Of a stretch of 64,000 bases of DNA, positions 48,237 through 56,592 are shown piece by piece (the first letter of the stretch is position 1; each line of letters opens with the position of its first letter). This stretch comes from Bacteroidia bacterium (GTDB lineage: Bacteria; Bacteroidota; Bacteroidia; M30B66): contig OZ257142.1 of NCBI GenBank assembly GCA_965279035.1, forward strand, positions 4,064,001-4,128,000. The letters are read 5' to 3'. The position numbers were made by a program, and so were the translations under genes. The notes beneath the pieces were generated by a model. It worked only from the letters and a program-made list of their open reading frames with translations, did no database searches and was not told the origin of the DNA.

Positions 48237-49778
48237 ATGGCATTAGTAGGAATCGCAATCAAAAGGGCACTTACTCTGCAAAAAACACTTCGCAGAGTAC
48301 GCCGCCGCCAAAGTCCAGAAAAGAAACAGGAAAAAACATTCCTGAAACTAATCAAGAAAGCTCAGAATACTGCGCTTGGGCGTGCTTATGGTTTTGATGA
48401 GATTCTTCGTTCAGAAAATCCATACGCAGTTTTCAGTAAAAATGTGCCTTTGTTTCATTATGAAACGATTCATGATACTTGGTGGCATCGTTCATTGGAA
48501 GGTGAAGAAGATGTTGCTTGGCCTGGAAAAGTTCAGTATTTCGCTTTGAGTTCAGGCACATCGGGTGCTCCAAGCAAGAAGATTCCGGTTACTCAAGCCA
48601 TGATACGAAGCATGCGTAGAACAAGTGTTCGACAAATTCTTTCCTTGGCCTATTATGATCTTCCGCCAGAACTTTTTGAAAAAGGAATTTTTATGCTTGG
48701 CGGTTCTACCGACTTGCAATGGAAATCGAGCTATTACGAAGGTGATTTAAGTGGAATCAACGGAACACAAATTCCATTTTGGTTTCAAGCACATTATAAA
48801 CCAGGAAAACGTATTGCTAAAGAGCGCGATTGGGAAGCCAAATTGGAAGAAATAGTTTTAGCTGCAAAAGATTGGGACATTGGAATTGTTGTGGGCGTTC
48901 CTGCTTGGATTCAGATTGTGATGGAACGCATCATCGAACACTATCACCTCAAAACCATACACGACATTTGGCCAAACCTTCGCATATATGTGCATGGAGG
49001 CGTTTTCTTCGAACCCTATAAAAAAGGGTTTGAGAAATTGATGGCTCATCCACTCATCTACATTGAAACCTATCTAGCTTCTGAAGGATTCTTAGCATAT
49101 CAAGGAAATGATGTTCAAGGTGCCATGGAATTGGTGCTGAATAATGGAATCTTTTTCGAATTCATCCCTTTCAACGAATCCAACTTCACTCACGATGGAA
49201 TGCCCGTTGAGGGTGCAGAAGTGCTCACTTTAGATCATGTGAAAGAAGGTGTTGATTATGCATTACTCATTTCTACCTGTGCCGGCGCTTGGAGATACAT
49301 GATTGGTGACACCATCCGATTTACCAATCTTGAGAATTCAGAAATTATCATCACCGGTCGTACAAAACATTATCTCAGCATTTGCGGCGAACACTTGAGC
49401 GTCGACAATATGAATCACGCTATTATGAAAGCTGCCGATCATTTTGGAATCAGTATTCCCGAATTTTGTGTAGCTGGCGAAATTGATGAAACAGGATTCC
49501 GTCATAAATGGTTTATTGGAACCGACGATAAAGTAGATACACTCGCTTTTCGTGAAAAACTAGATGAAGAATTAAAAGCCCTCAACGACGACTACATTGT
49601 TGAACGCCGATCTGCTTTGAAAGAAATGCATTTGGAAGCTTTGCCCGTGAGTACTTTTTATGATTGGATGCGAGTATTAGGCAAAGAAGGCGGACAGAAT
49701 AAATTTCCTCGGGTTTTGAAAAAAGAACAACTAGCCGAATGGGAAGCGTTCATTCAAGTTGACAAAGTAAATGGATAG
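48237..49778 (+). CDS. GH3 family acyl-acid amido synthetase-like protein
   Basis: FALSSGTSG, TYLASEGF, GIFFEFIP, WRYMIGDTIRF, ITGRTK, GGQNKFPRV. Confidence 0.92.
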   Translation: MALVGIAIKRALTLQKTLRRVRRRQSPEKKQEKTFLKLIKKAQNTALGRAYGFDEILRSENPYAVFSKNVPLFHYETIHDTWWHRSLEGEEDVAWPGKVQYFALSSGTSGAPSKKIPVTQAMIRSMRRTSVRQILSLAYYDLPPELFEKGIFMLGGSTDLQWKSSYYEGDLSGINGTQIPFWFQAHYKPGKRIAKERDWEAKLEEIVLAAKDWDIGIVVGVPAWIQIVMERIIEHYHLKTIHDIWPNLRIYVHGGVFFEPYKKGFEKLMAHPLIYIETYLASEGFLAYQGNDVQGAMELVLNNGIFFEFIPFNESNFTHDGMPVEGAEVLTLDHVKEGVDYALLISTCAGAWRYMIGDTIRFTNLENSEIIITGRTKHYLSICGEHLSVDNMNHAIMKAADHFGISIPEFCVAGEIDETGFRHKWFIGTDDKVDTLAFREKLDEELKALNDDYIVERRSALKEMHLEALPVSTFYDWMRVLGKEGGQNKFPRVLKKEQLAEWEAFIQVDKVNG

Positions 49779-50421
49779 CGTAATCTGGAATGGATTTATC
49801 ATGGGATTGGGACTCAGCTTTTCGTTTGGTCCAGTATTCTTCATGCTTATCCAAACTAGTATTGATAAAGGCTGGAAAGAATCACTGATTTTTGATGCGG
49901 GAGTTTTATTAAGCGATTTCATCATCATTGCTGCTGCGATGTTGATCATCTTCGCCATGGGTGTGAATGTCGACTTCTCTAGCCCATTGATCCAATTTTG
50001 GTCAACGATGATCGGAGCCTTGATACTAGTAATCTTTGGCTTAGTGTTGATTCTCAACCCGAAGAAAGAAACTAGCCCTGCCGAAGTTCCTGACATCAAA
50101 TCAGTTTCGAAACTAAATCACACTGGACTGTTTTTCAAAGGATTGGGAATTAACTTTTTAAATCCTTCTGTCTTTTTAATTTGGTTTGGAGCAGTTCCGG
50201 CAGTTGCTGGCGGATACAAAGGCAACATGAATCTGATTATTGCCTTCTTTTCCAGCACTTTAATTTCCTATTTCCTCATCGATCTTGGGAAAATATATAT
50301 GGCGCGAAAACTAAAGCGTTTCCTTACTCCTACCGCAATTACACTCTTTCACCGGATTTCAGGAATTATCTTTTTAGGAATAGCTGCTTGGCTGCTTTAT
50401 CGATTCTTTTTGCTTAGCTGA
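49771..50421 (+). CDS. LysE family translocator
   Basis: GPVFFMLIQTS, FFKGLGINFLNP, about 6 TM helices. Confidence 0.88.
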   Translation: MDSVIWNGFIMGLGLSFSFGPVFFMLIQTSIDKGWKESLIFDAGVLLSDFIIIAAAMLIIFAMGVNVDFSSPLIQFWSTMIGALILVIFGLVLILNPKKETSPAEVPDIKSVSKLNHTGLFFKGLGINFLNPSVFLIWFGAVPAVAGGYKGNMNLIIAFFSSTLISYFLIDLGKIYMARKLKRFLTPTAITLFHRISGIIFLGIAAWLLYRFFLLS

Positions 50422-50453
50422 GAAAAATCAGTCGCTTCACTGATGAAGGTCAT
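50418..50453 (+). promoter_or_regulatory. Two TGA-N6-TCA (CRP/FNR-like) boxes
   Basis: CTGAGAAAAATCAG (50418-50431) and CTGATGAAGGTCAT (50440-50453), 22 bp apart, upstream of a CAACTTTG -7 element (50476-50483). Confidence 0.5.
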
Positions 50454-50505
50454 AGTTCAGATCCATTTTTAAGGTCAACTTTGCACTAACCAATCTGACC
50501 CGATT

Positions 50506-50886
50506 ATGAAAACAGCACTTATTACTGAACAACATCTTGAACACCGCGAATGGTTAAATCGTCTTGACTTTTATCGGGATGAAATTAAAATCATGCAAAA
50601 TCGTATTTCAGAAATTGCTTCTAAAAACACAGCTCAAGAAGTAATGGCGATGGTAGAACATTTCCAAAATCAATTGATTATTCAAACATCCAATCTTGAT
50701 CAGCTTTTTCACGATATCCGTAAACATGAATCAGAATTAGCAGCTGAGATTGCTAAAAATCCTACAGCTTCTGATCATCGTCGTTCTGAAGTACATCCAG
50801 AACATCAAGAAGGTGTTGCTATTTTCGAAAAATTATTCAACGAACTTCGCAGCGAGCAAATCCTCTGGCTTGCCAAAGTAATGTAG
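50506..50886 (+). CDS. His/Glu-rich helical hypothetical protein
   Basis: HLEHREW..LDFY, VEHFQNQ, FHDIRKHE, HPEH; appears all-alpha. Confidence 0.8.
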   Translation: MKTALITEQHLEHREWLNRLDFYRDEIKIMQNRISEIASKNTAQEVMAMVEHFQNQLIIQTSNLDQLFHDIRKHESELAAEIAKNPTASDHRRSEVHPEHQEGVAIFEKLFNELRSEQILWLAKVM

Positions 50887-50888
50887 TT

Positions 50889-52025
50889 TCAGAGAATCGA
50901 TTCCTTTAGCTGTTTAACAAAACCTAGGATTTCCGATTCCTGATTGTATTTCCCTAAAGACAACCTAACCGTTTCGTAAGCCTGTTTTTCTGAATACCCG
51001 AGTGATCTCAACACATGAGAAGGCTCAGGTAAAGCAGAGGAACAGGCCGATCCGGTTGAAAAGGCAAAGCTTGGTAAACCTGATATGATTGCCGATGACT
51101 TTATTTCGGGTATTCGAAACAAACTCGTATTCGGCAATCTCCATTGATCTTCGCATACAATCTGCGCCCCTGTTTGTGATTTTATTTCGAATTCTAATAA
51201 ATCACGAAGTCGGCTAATTGATAATTCATTCTTTACTAAATCACGCTGAGCAAGTTCAGCTGCTTTGCCCATTCCTACAATTCCTGGTACATTCAACGTT
51301 CCAGAACGTAAACCTCGTTCATGTCCACCACCACGTATAAGTGGTAGCATTGTCACTCGTGGATTTTTCCTACGAACATAGAATGCACCTACCCCTTTCG
51401 GTCCGTAAAATTTATGCGCTGAGAGACTCAATAAATCAACTCCTAAATCATTCACATTCACCGGAATTTTCCCACACCCTTGAGTGGCATCACAAAGTAC
51501 AAATGCACCTTTCTCTCTTGCCAATTCCGAAATTTCTCGCATAGGCCAAATCACTCCTGTTTCATTATTTGCAAGCATTGCAGCAATCAAAACAGTATCA
51601 TTACGAATTGCCTTTTTTACACAATCCAGATCTGTTTGTCCGTTTGGTTTCACTGTCAAAATCTCAACTTCCCAACCTAAACTTTCGAGGTAAGTGAGTG
51701 GTTCCAATACCGCTTTATGCTCTGTTTGAAAAGAGATTAAATGCTTCCCTTTGGATTGATAATTCAGTGCAATGCTTTGTATTGCTTGATTAAGCGATTC
51801 GGTAGCGCCTGAGGTGAAAATTATCTCATTGGTTTCGGAACCAATCAAGGAAGCTACCTGTTCGCGTGCAATTTGAACAGCCTCGGAAGCAATCCATCCA
51901 AACGCATGCGCCGAACTCGATGCATTACCATAAGCACTTTGAAAATAGGGCAACATCGTTTCAATCACCTCTGGATCAACAGGTGTTGTTGCATTATGAT
52001 CAAAATAAACAAGGTTAGTTTCCAT
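50889..52025 (-). CDS. iscS: Cysteine desulfurase (IscS/NifS family)
   Basis: YFDHNATTP, FTSGATES, SAHKFYGPKGVG, RSGTLNV, STGSACSS. Confidence 0.92.
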   Translation of the reverse strand: METNLVYFDHNATTPVDPEVIETMLPYFQSAYGNASSSAHAFGWIASEAVQIAREQVASLIGSETNEIIFTSGATESLNQAIQSIALNYQSKGKHLISFQTEHKAVLEPLTYLESLGWEVEILTVKPNGQTDLDCVKKAIRNDTVLIAAMLANNETGVIWPMREISELAREKGAFVLCDATQGCGKIPVNVNDLGVDLLSLSAHKFYGPKGVGAFYVRRKNPRVTMLPLIRGGGHERGLRSGTLNVPGIVGMGKAAELAQRDLVKNELSISRLRDLLEFEIKSQTGAQIVCEDQWRLPNTSLFRIPEIKSSAIISGLPSFAFSTGSACSSALPEPSHVLRSLGYSEKQAYETVRLSLGKYNQESEILGFVKQLKESIL

Positions 52026-53478
52026 GTACCTTTTCTTTTAACCAACGATGGTAGTGTATTACCTCATCTTCAGTTGTACTTTCCTGCAATTGCTTGAGTA
52101 AAGTATCCGCCTTCATCAGTATCGCTTTATTTTTCAATCCTCCAATTTCATCTGCCGCACGATCCATCAATTGAATCAAATCCTTCTCTCGTTGAACAGA
52201 AGGTCGCTTAAATTCTTCGCGATATTCTCTTAACACTTGCTCGTATCGGTATTTCCAAAAGTCGAGATCACCAATTTCATATCGAATAATTAATTCAGCA
52301 ATGGCAATCTTTAATCGTAAGGAACTGTCTGCCTTTTTATAGCTGTCGATATGATATAACTTATTGAGGTTCTTGATTGCTAGATTGTAATTCTTCAAAT
52401 CAAAATAGCTTGTTGCCAAATTCAAATAGATGAACAATTCGTAAAAAGGCATCTTGCTCAAATTCGGTCGCTTTTGCATCTCTAGTAATAATTCAATTGC
52501 CTTTGGTACGTCAGAAGTACTGTAATTATTTACCAAAGCATTGTAATAGAAGATCTCGTATTTATCAAAAAGTAGCTGATTGAATTCCTCCATCGCTAAA
52601 CGCAATCGTTCTGCATAGCTCAGTGAATCTTGAATTTTCCCATTTTTAAATAAGGTATTAGCTATATAAGTAAGCAATTGAAGCTTCGTATCATGCGTGT
52701 TTTTATTGAAAATCTGATTATCAGAAAACTCCTTCCAAGTTTGAAGAAGATATTCTTCTAAGCGTTGATAGTCTTTGCGTTGAAGTAATTGTTGACTTAC
52801 TAAACTGTAAAGTTTAATTCGAAATCGGGAAGAGCTTAAAATTGATTGTTCTCCAACAAATTGCTCTGTAACCGATTCAAGCATTTGTTTCAAGGTATTT
52901 TCCTGCTCTCCGAAATTCTGAGATACTTTAAGTCGATAAGAAACCACCGCCAATACATCATCCATTTGACGCAAGCGAGCTAATGCTAAATTATTTTCTT
53001 TTCGTCGTGCTATGTATATCTCAGGATTGATAACTAATAAGGCATGAGAGAGTTGAATAAATTCTCCATAAATAATATCCAACAATTCATGATTTTCAAT
53101 TTTCTGAGCCTTTTGCTCTGTTTTCTTTAGATAATTAAATGCAACCTGATGTTGATTCTTACTAGAAAAAATGCGTACAATAGCCAAATGATGCAGGATC
53201 AATAAGATCTCTTCATCGGCATAATGCTGTATAACCAATGACTTGTTCAAATCCTCCAATAAACGATTCTTCAGTCGGTAGTAGGCATTTTTATCCCCAT
53301 TACCATATAGCTTCTGAACAATCTTCGCCTCACCTTTGATATCGGAATTTTTTCGAATGTGATCTAACAAAGCAATGTCCTTGCGATCAATCCCAGCATC
53401 CTGACGGTGTGCAAATATTTTAAAGAAACGAATCTCTTCTTTACTAAGACCTTCAACGATTTGAAATAATATATCCAT
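52015..53478 (-). CDS. Uncharacterised protein: putative N-terminal HTH plus TPR-like helical domain
   Basis: N-terminal helical module ending EAKIVQKLYGNGDKNAYYRLKNRLLEDL; TPR-like segments YIANTLFKNGKIQDSLSYAE and YLNLATSYFDLKNYNLAIKNL; no signal peptide or TM segment. Confidence 0.75.
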   Translation of the reverse strand: MDILFQIVEGLSKEEIRFFKIFAHRQDAGIDRKDIALLDHIRKNSDIKGEAKIVQKLYGNGDKNAYYRLKNRLLEDLNKSLVIQHYADEEILLILHHLAIVRIFSSKNQHQVAFNYLKKTEQKAQKIENHELLDIIYGEFIQLSHALLVINPEIYIARRKENNLALARLRQMDDVLAVVSYRLKVSQNFGEQENTLKQMLESVTEQFVGEQSILSSSRFRIKLYSLVSQQLLQRKDYQRLEEYLLQTWKEFSDNQIFNKNTHDTKLQLLTYIANTLFKNGKIQDSLSYAERLRLAMEEFNQLLFDKYEIFYYNALVNNYSTSDVPKAIELLLEMQKRPNLSKMPFYELFIYLNLATSYFDLKNYNLAIKNLNKLYHIDSYKKADSSLRLKIAIAELIIRYEIGDLDFWKYRYEQVLREYREEFKRPSVQREKDLIQLMDRAADEIGGLKNKAILMKADTLLKQLQESTTEDEVIHYHRWLKEKVHGN

Positions 53479-53502
53479 AGAAATTTACAATCTGGACAGG
53501 TA

Positions 53503-53530
53503 AGAATAATGCAAGTTTAACCATTATTCT
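53503..53530. promoter_or_regulatory. Operator-like inverted repeat in a divergent promoter region
   Basis: AGAATAATG-CAAGTTTAAC-CATTATTCT with perfect 9-bp arms. The spacer contains TAAACTTG on the minus strand; TACATTTG lies on the plus strand at 53545-53552. Confidence 0.6.
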
Positions 53531-53568
53531 CTTATAGATTAAAGTACATTTGAATATATAAACTGGTC

Positions 53569-54303
53569 ATGCGCATGTTGCTTCCTCATCCAGAAAAAAA
53601 TTCGGTTTTTAAAAGATTCAGTTTCAACATCAAACTGAGTTTTTTCTTGCTGTATAGCTTAACGTTCCTGAATCTTGGATTTTCTCAATCAGTAAGTATT
53701 GGAAATTTCTTCATGCCTGATACGGTGAATCAAAATTCAATTTCGGATGTAAACTTCAACATTCGAAATTCAAGCGATTCCATCAGCATTCTTGGAAACA
53801 TGAAGCTGAATTTTCTCAATGAAACAACCGGAACTATTGCCCCTCTCGGAGGATTCTCTGCCATACAGTTTTTTGCACCACAACAAGAAAGATCTTTCAA
53901 CATAGTAATTGATATCACTCCTCAATATTTTCTTGAAGGAGGAAATACTGTTGTTATCTGGCCTTCATTTGTAGGACAACCAATTCAGGCAGAAGATTCA
54001 ATCCGTTTTAACGTCTATGTAAATACTATCAATGGTGTTGAGAATGGAAAAAATCAATTGGCTTCTGCGTATTTGATTCCGAATCCAATGAAGGATGAAC
54101 TTTCAATCCAAACAATTGGTCAAGCTAAAATGCCCGAAAGTATTGTTGTTCGTGAGTTGAGCGGAAGGACTATACTGAATCAACAACTCAATAATTCAGG
54201 TAAAGTAGATTTTAAACTTGTACCTGCCGGGATTTATATTTTGGAAATGAAACTTTCCGACGGAAATATAATCACACAACGAATTGTGCGTATTGCAGAT
54301 TAA
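53569..54303 (+). CDS. Small T9SS-secreted protein (single Ig-like domain + CTD)
   Basis: Signal-like hydrophobic stretch; CTD IPNPMKDEL...GIYILEM...QRIVRIAD. Confidence 0.82.
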   Translation: MRMLLPHPEKNSVFKRFSFNIKLSFFLLYSLTFLNLGFSQSVSIGNFFMPDTVNQNSISDVNFNIRNSSDSISILGNMKLNFLNETTGTIAPLGGFSAIQFFAPQQERSFNIVIDITPQYFLEGGNTVVIWPSFVGQPIQAEDSIRFNVYVNTINGVENGKNQLASAYLIPNPMKDELSIQTIGQAKMPESIVVRELSGRTILNQQLNNSGKVDFKLVPAGIYILEMKLSDGNIITQRIVRIAD

Positions 54304-54376
54304 TCAAGAACATTTCCTGAATTTCCTTGTTGAGGTCGAAGTATAGTTCGAGTACTTTTGCCAAAAAACTAGGAAG

Positions 54377-56320
54377 ATGAATACGGTTTCCGAAACCTCT
54401 TTGTATTGCAATAGCCTAACTGAATATAAGCGTTTCAAAACACGTGTTGTCATGATTGGCGATCTTGCCCTTGGGGGCGATAATCCCATTCGCTTGCAAT
54501 CGATGACCACAACCGATACGCTCGATACAGCAGCAACTGTTGCTCAAAGTATTCGAATGATTGAAGCCGGATGTGAACTCGTGCGCATCACAGCTCCTAG
54601 TATAAAAGAAGCTCAAAACCTTGAAAATATTCGTCGTGAACTTCGTGCTAAAGGATACACCACTCCACTCGTTGCCGATATTCATTTCACACCGAACGCT
54701 GCTGAATTGGCCGCACGAATTGTAGAAAAAGTTCGGGTGAATCCTGGTAACTATGCCGATAAGAAAAAGTTTGAGCATATTGACTACACAGATATCTCCT
54801 ACGAAGCTGAACTCGATCGTATCAGAGAACGCTTTACTCCACTCGTTAAAATCTGCAAAGAATACGGAACAGCAATGCGAATAGGGACCAATCACGGTTC
54901 TCTTTCCGATCGTATTATGAGCCGATATGGTGATAGTCCACTCGGAATGGTAGAATCGGCGATGGAATTTATACAGATTGCCGAAGAGAATAATTATTAC
55001 AATCTGGTGCTTTCCATGAAATCGTCCAATACACAGGTAATGGTTCAAGCCTACCGTTTATTGGTTCAACAGATGAAGGAAAAAGGAATGAATTATCCCT
55101 TGCATTTGGGTGTGACCGAAGCCGGTGAAGGGGAAGATGGACGCATCAAATCGGCAGTTGGAATTGGGACTTTGCTCGAAGATGGATTAGGTGATACGAT
55201 TCGTGTTTCCCTAACCGAAGAACCTGAATTTGAAATCCCAGTTGCGCGCGCACTTGCAAATCGATATACGAACAGAAAAAGCAATCCTACAATTCCAGCA
55301 ATCGACAATTATCCCATTGATCCATTTAATTATTCTCGAAAAATAAGTATCGAAAATGAAAATATCGGAGGTGAAAACGTACCCCGAGTGATCATGGATT
55401 TTAGTAAAATCACTTTAGAGAATCCAGCTGTTTTATTTCGTGCAGGTTATGCTTATTCGGTTCTACTCGATAAATGGAATTTGAGTGATCTCGCTTGCGA
55501 TTATATCTATACCGGAAATCAAATCCCATCGTTTGAAGTTCCTGGAACACTTGGTATTATAAGCGATGAAGATGTTTGGGAAACAGGACGCTTCAATCAT
55601 TTTCCGCTTCTCAATGCAGCCTCATTTATAAAAAACTCTCTACCTGTTTCTCAAAAGAAATTCGTTAAAGCATGCTTGAATGACTTAACACCAGATTTCA
55701 TTGAAAAACTTAGGAATGAGCCTTCTGCTGTTTTAATTGCTTCGACAACCAATGCGCATGCAATGCCCGAATTGCGTAGAATTATGGTTGAATTGATTCA
55801 GCAGAATATCAAAACTCCCGTTATTTTTCAACGAAGCTATCCGCAAAGCGAGATTTCAGATTTTCAAATCAATGCTGCAAGCGATTTAGGAGGATTACTC
55901 ATTGATGGTTTAGGTGATGGAATTTGGCTAAGTGCCGAGCATGACCAACCTAGTTTGCGTGAAGTTAATCAAACAGCATTTGGAATTCTACAGGCTGCTC
56001 GTGTTCGAATTTCCCGCACCGAATATATCTCTTGCCCATCCTGCGGTAGAACGCTATTCGATCTTCAAGAAACAACTGCTAAAATCCGTAAAAGAACCGA
56101 CCACCTCAAAGGTTTAAAGATTGGAATTATGGGTTGTATCGTAAACGGACCGGGTGAAATGGCCGATGCCGACTTTGGTTATGTAGGAACTGGCATTGGT
56201 AAGATTACACTCTATAAAGGAAAAGATGTGGTCAAACGAAATGTTCCAGCTGAACATGCCGTTGATGAGCTCATTCAACTCATTAAGGATCATGGTAAAT
56301 GGGTTGATTCTCAGGCATAA
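54377..56320 (+). CDS. ispG: (E)-4-hydroxy-3-methylbut-2-enyl-diphosphate synthase, long form
   Basis: QSMTTTDT, VADIHF, RIGTNHGS, LHLGVTEAG, CPSCGR, MGCIVNGPGE; central insertion domain. Confidence 0.97.
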   Translation: MNTVSETSLYCNSLTEYKRFKTRVVMIGDLALGGDNPIRLQSMTTTDTLDTAATVAQSIRMIEAGCELVRITAPSIKEAQNLENIRRELRAKGYTTPLVADIHFTPNAAELAARIVEKVRVNPGNYADKKKFEHIDYTDISYEAELDRIRERFTPLVKICKEYGTAMRIGTNHGSLSDRIMSRYGDSPLGMVESAMEFIQIAEENNYYNLVLSMKSSNTQVMVQAYRLLVQQMKEKGMNYPLHLGVTEAGEGEDGRIKSAVGIGTLLEDGLGDTIRVSLTEEPEFEIPVARALANRYTNRKSNPTIPAIDNYPIDPFNYSRKISIENENIGGENVPRVIMDFSKITLENPAVLFRAGYAYSVLLDKWNLSDLACDYIYTGNQIPSFEVPGTLGIISDEDVWETGRFNHFPLLNAASFIKNSLPVSQKKFVKACLNDLTPDFIEKLRNEPSAVLIASTTNAHAMPELRRIMVELIQQNIKTPVIFQRSYPQSEISDFQINAASDLGGLLIDGLGDGIWLSAEHDQPSLREVNQTAFGILQAARVRISRTEYISCPSCGRTLFDLQETTAKIRKRTDHLKGLKIGIMGCIVNGPGEMADADFGYVGTGIGKITLYKGKDVVKRNVPAEHAVDELIQLIKDHGKWVDSQA

Positions 56321-56592
56321 GTATTAACTCCCACCACATTGAAAGGATATCATAGCTGCTGTAGTTTTTAAGAACGAAAGAGAATATTTCGTTGAATCTT
56401 ACAAGGAGATTTGCTCTACCACAATCTTCTAACTACATGAATAACAGCAATTTGAATATATCTATTTTGTCAAATTTCTAAAATTACATTTTTTTCTTGC
56501 AACAGTAAGTAGGCCGCCTCTTAGCCGACTATAGCCTGCAACATCCACCCTATTAAAGTAGTAAGACTTTAGAGTAATTATTCTGAATTCTT

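Noticed and set aside
54416-55048. 210-aa antisense ORF in ispG, and similar antisense ORFs in hup, rmuC, lnt and the M4 gene
   Set aside because: Shadow ORFs opposite well-conserved genes, with no motifs.
54377-56320. Unusually long IspG
   Set aside because: The three-domain long form is already known from Bacteroidota, Chlamydiae and plants.
56495-56560. Possible riboswitch or leader upstream of the large T9SS gene
   Set aside because: Only a 6-bp stem and a short TGCAAC repeat; no recognisable aptamer or expression platform.
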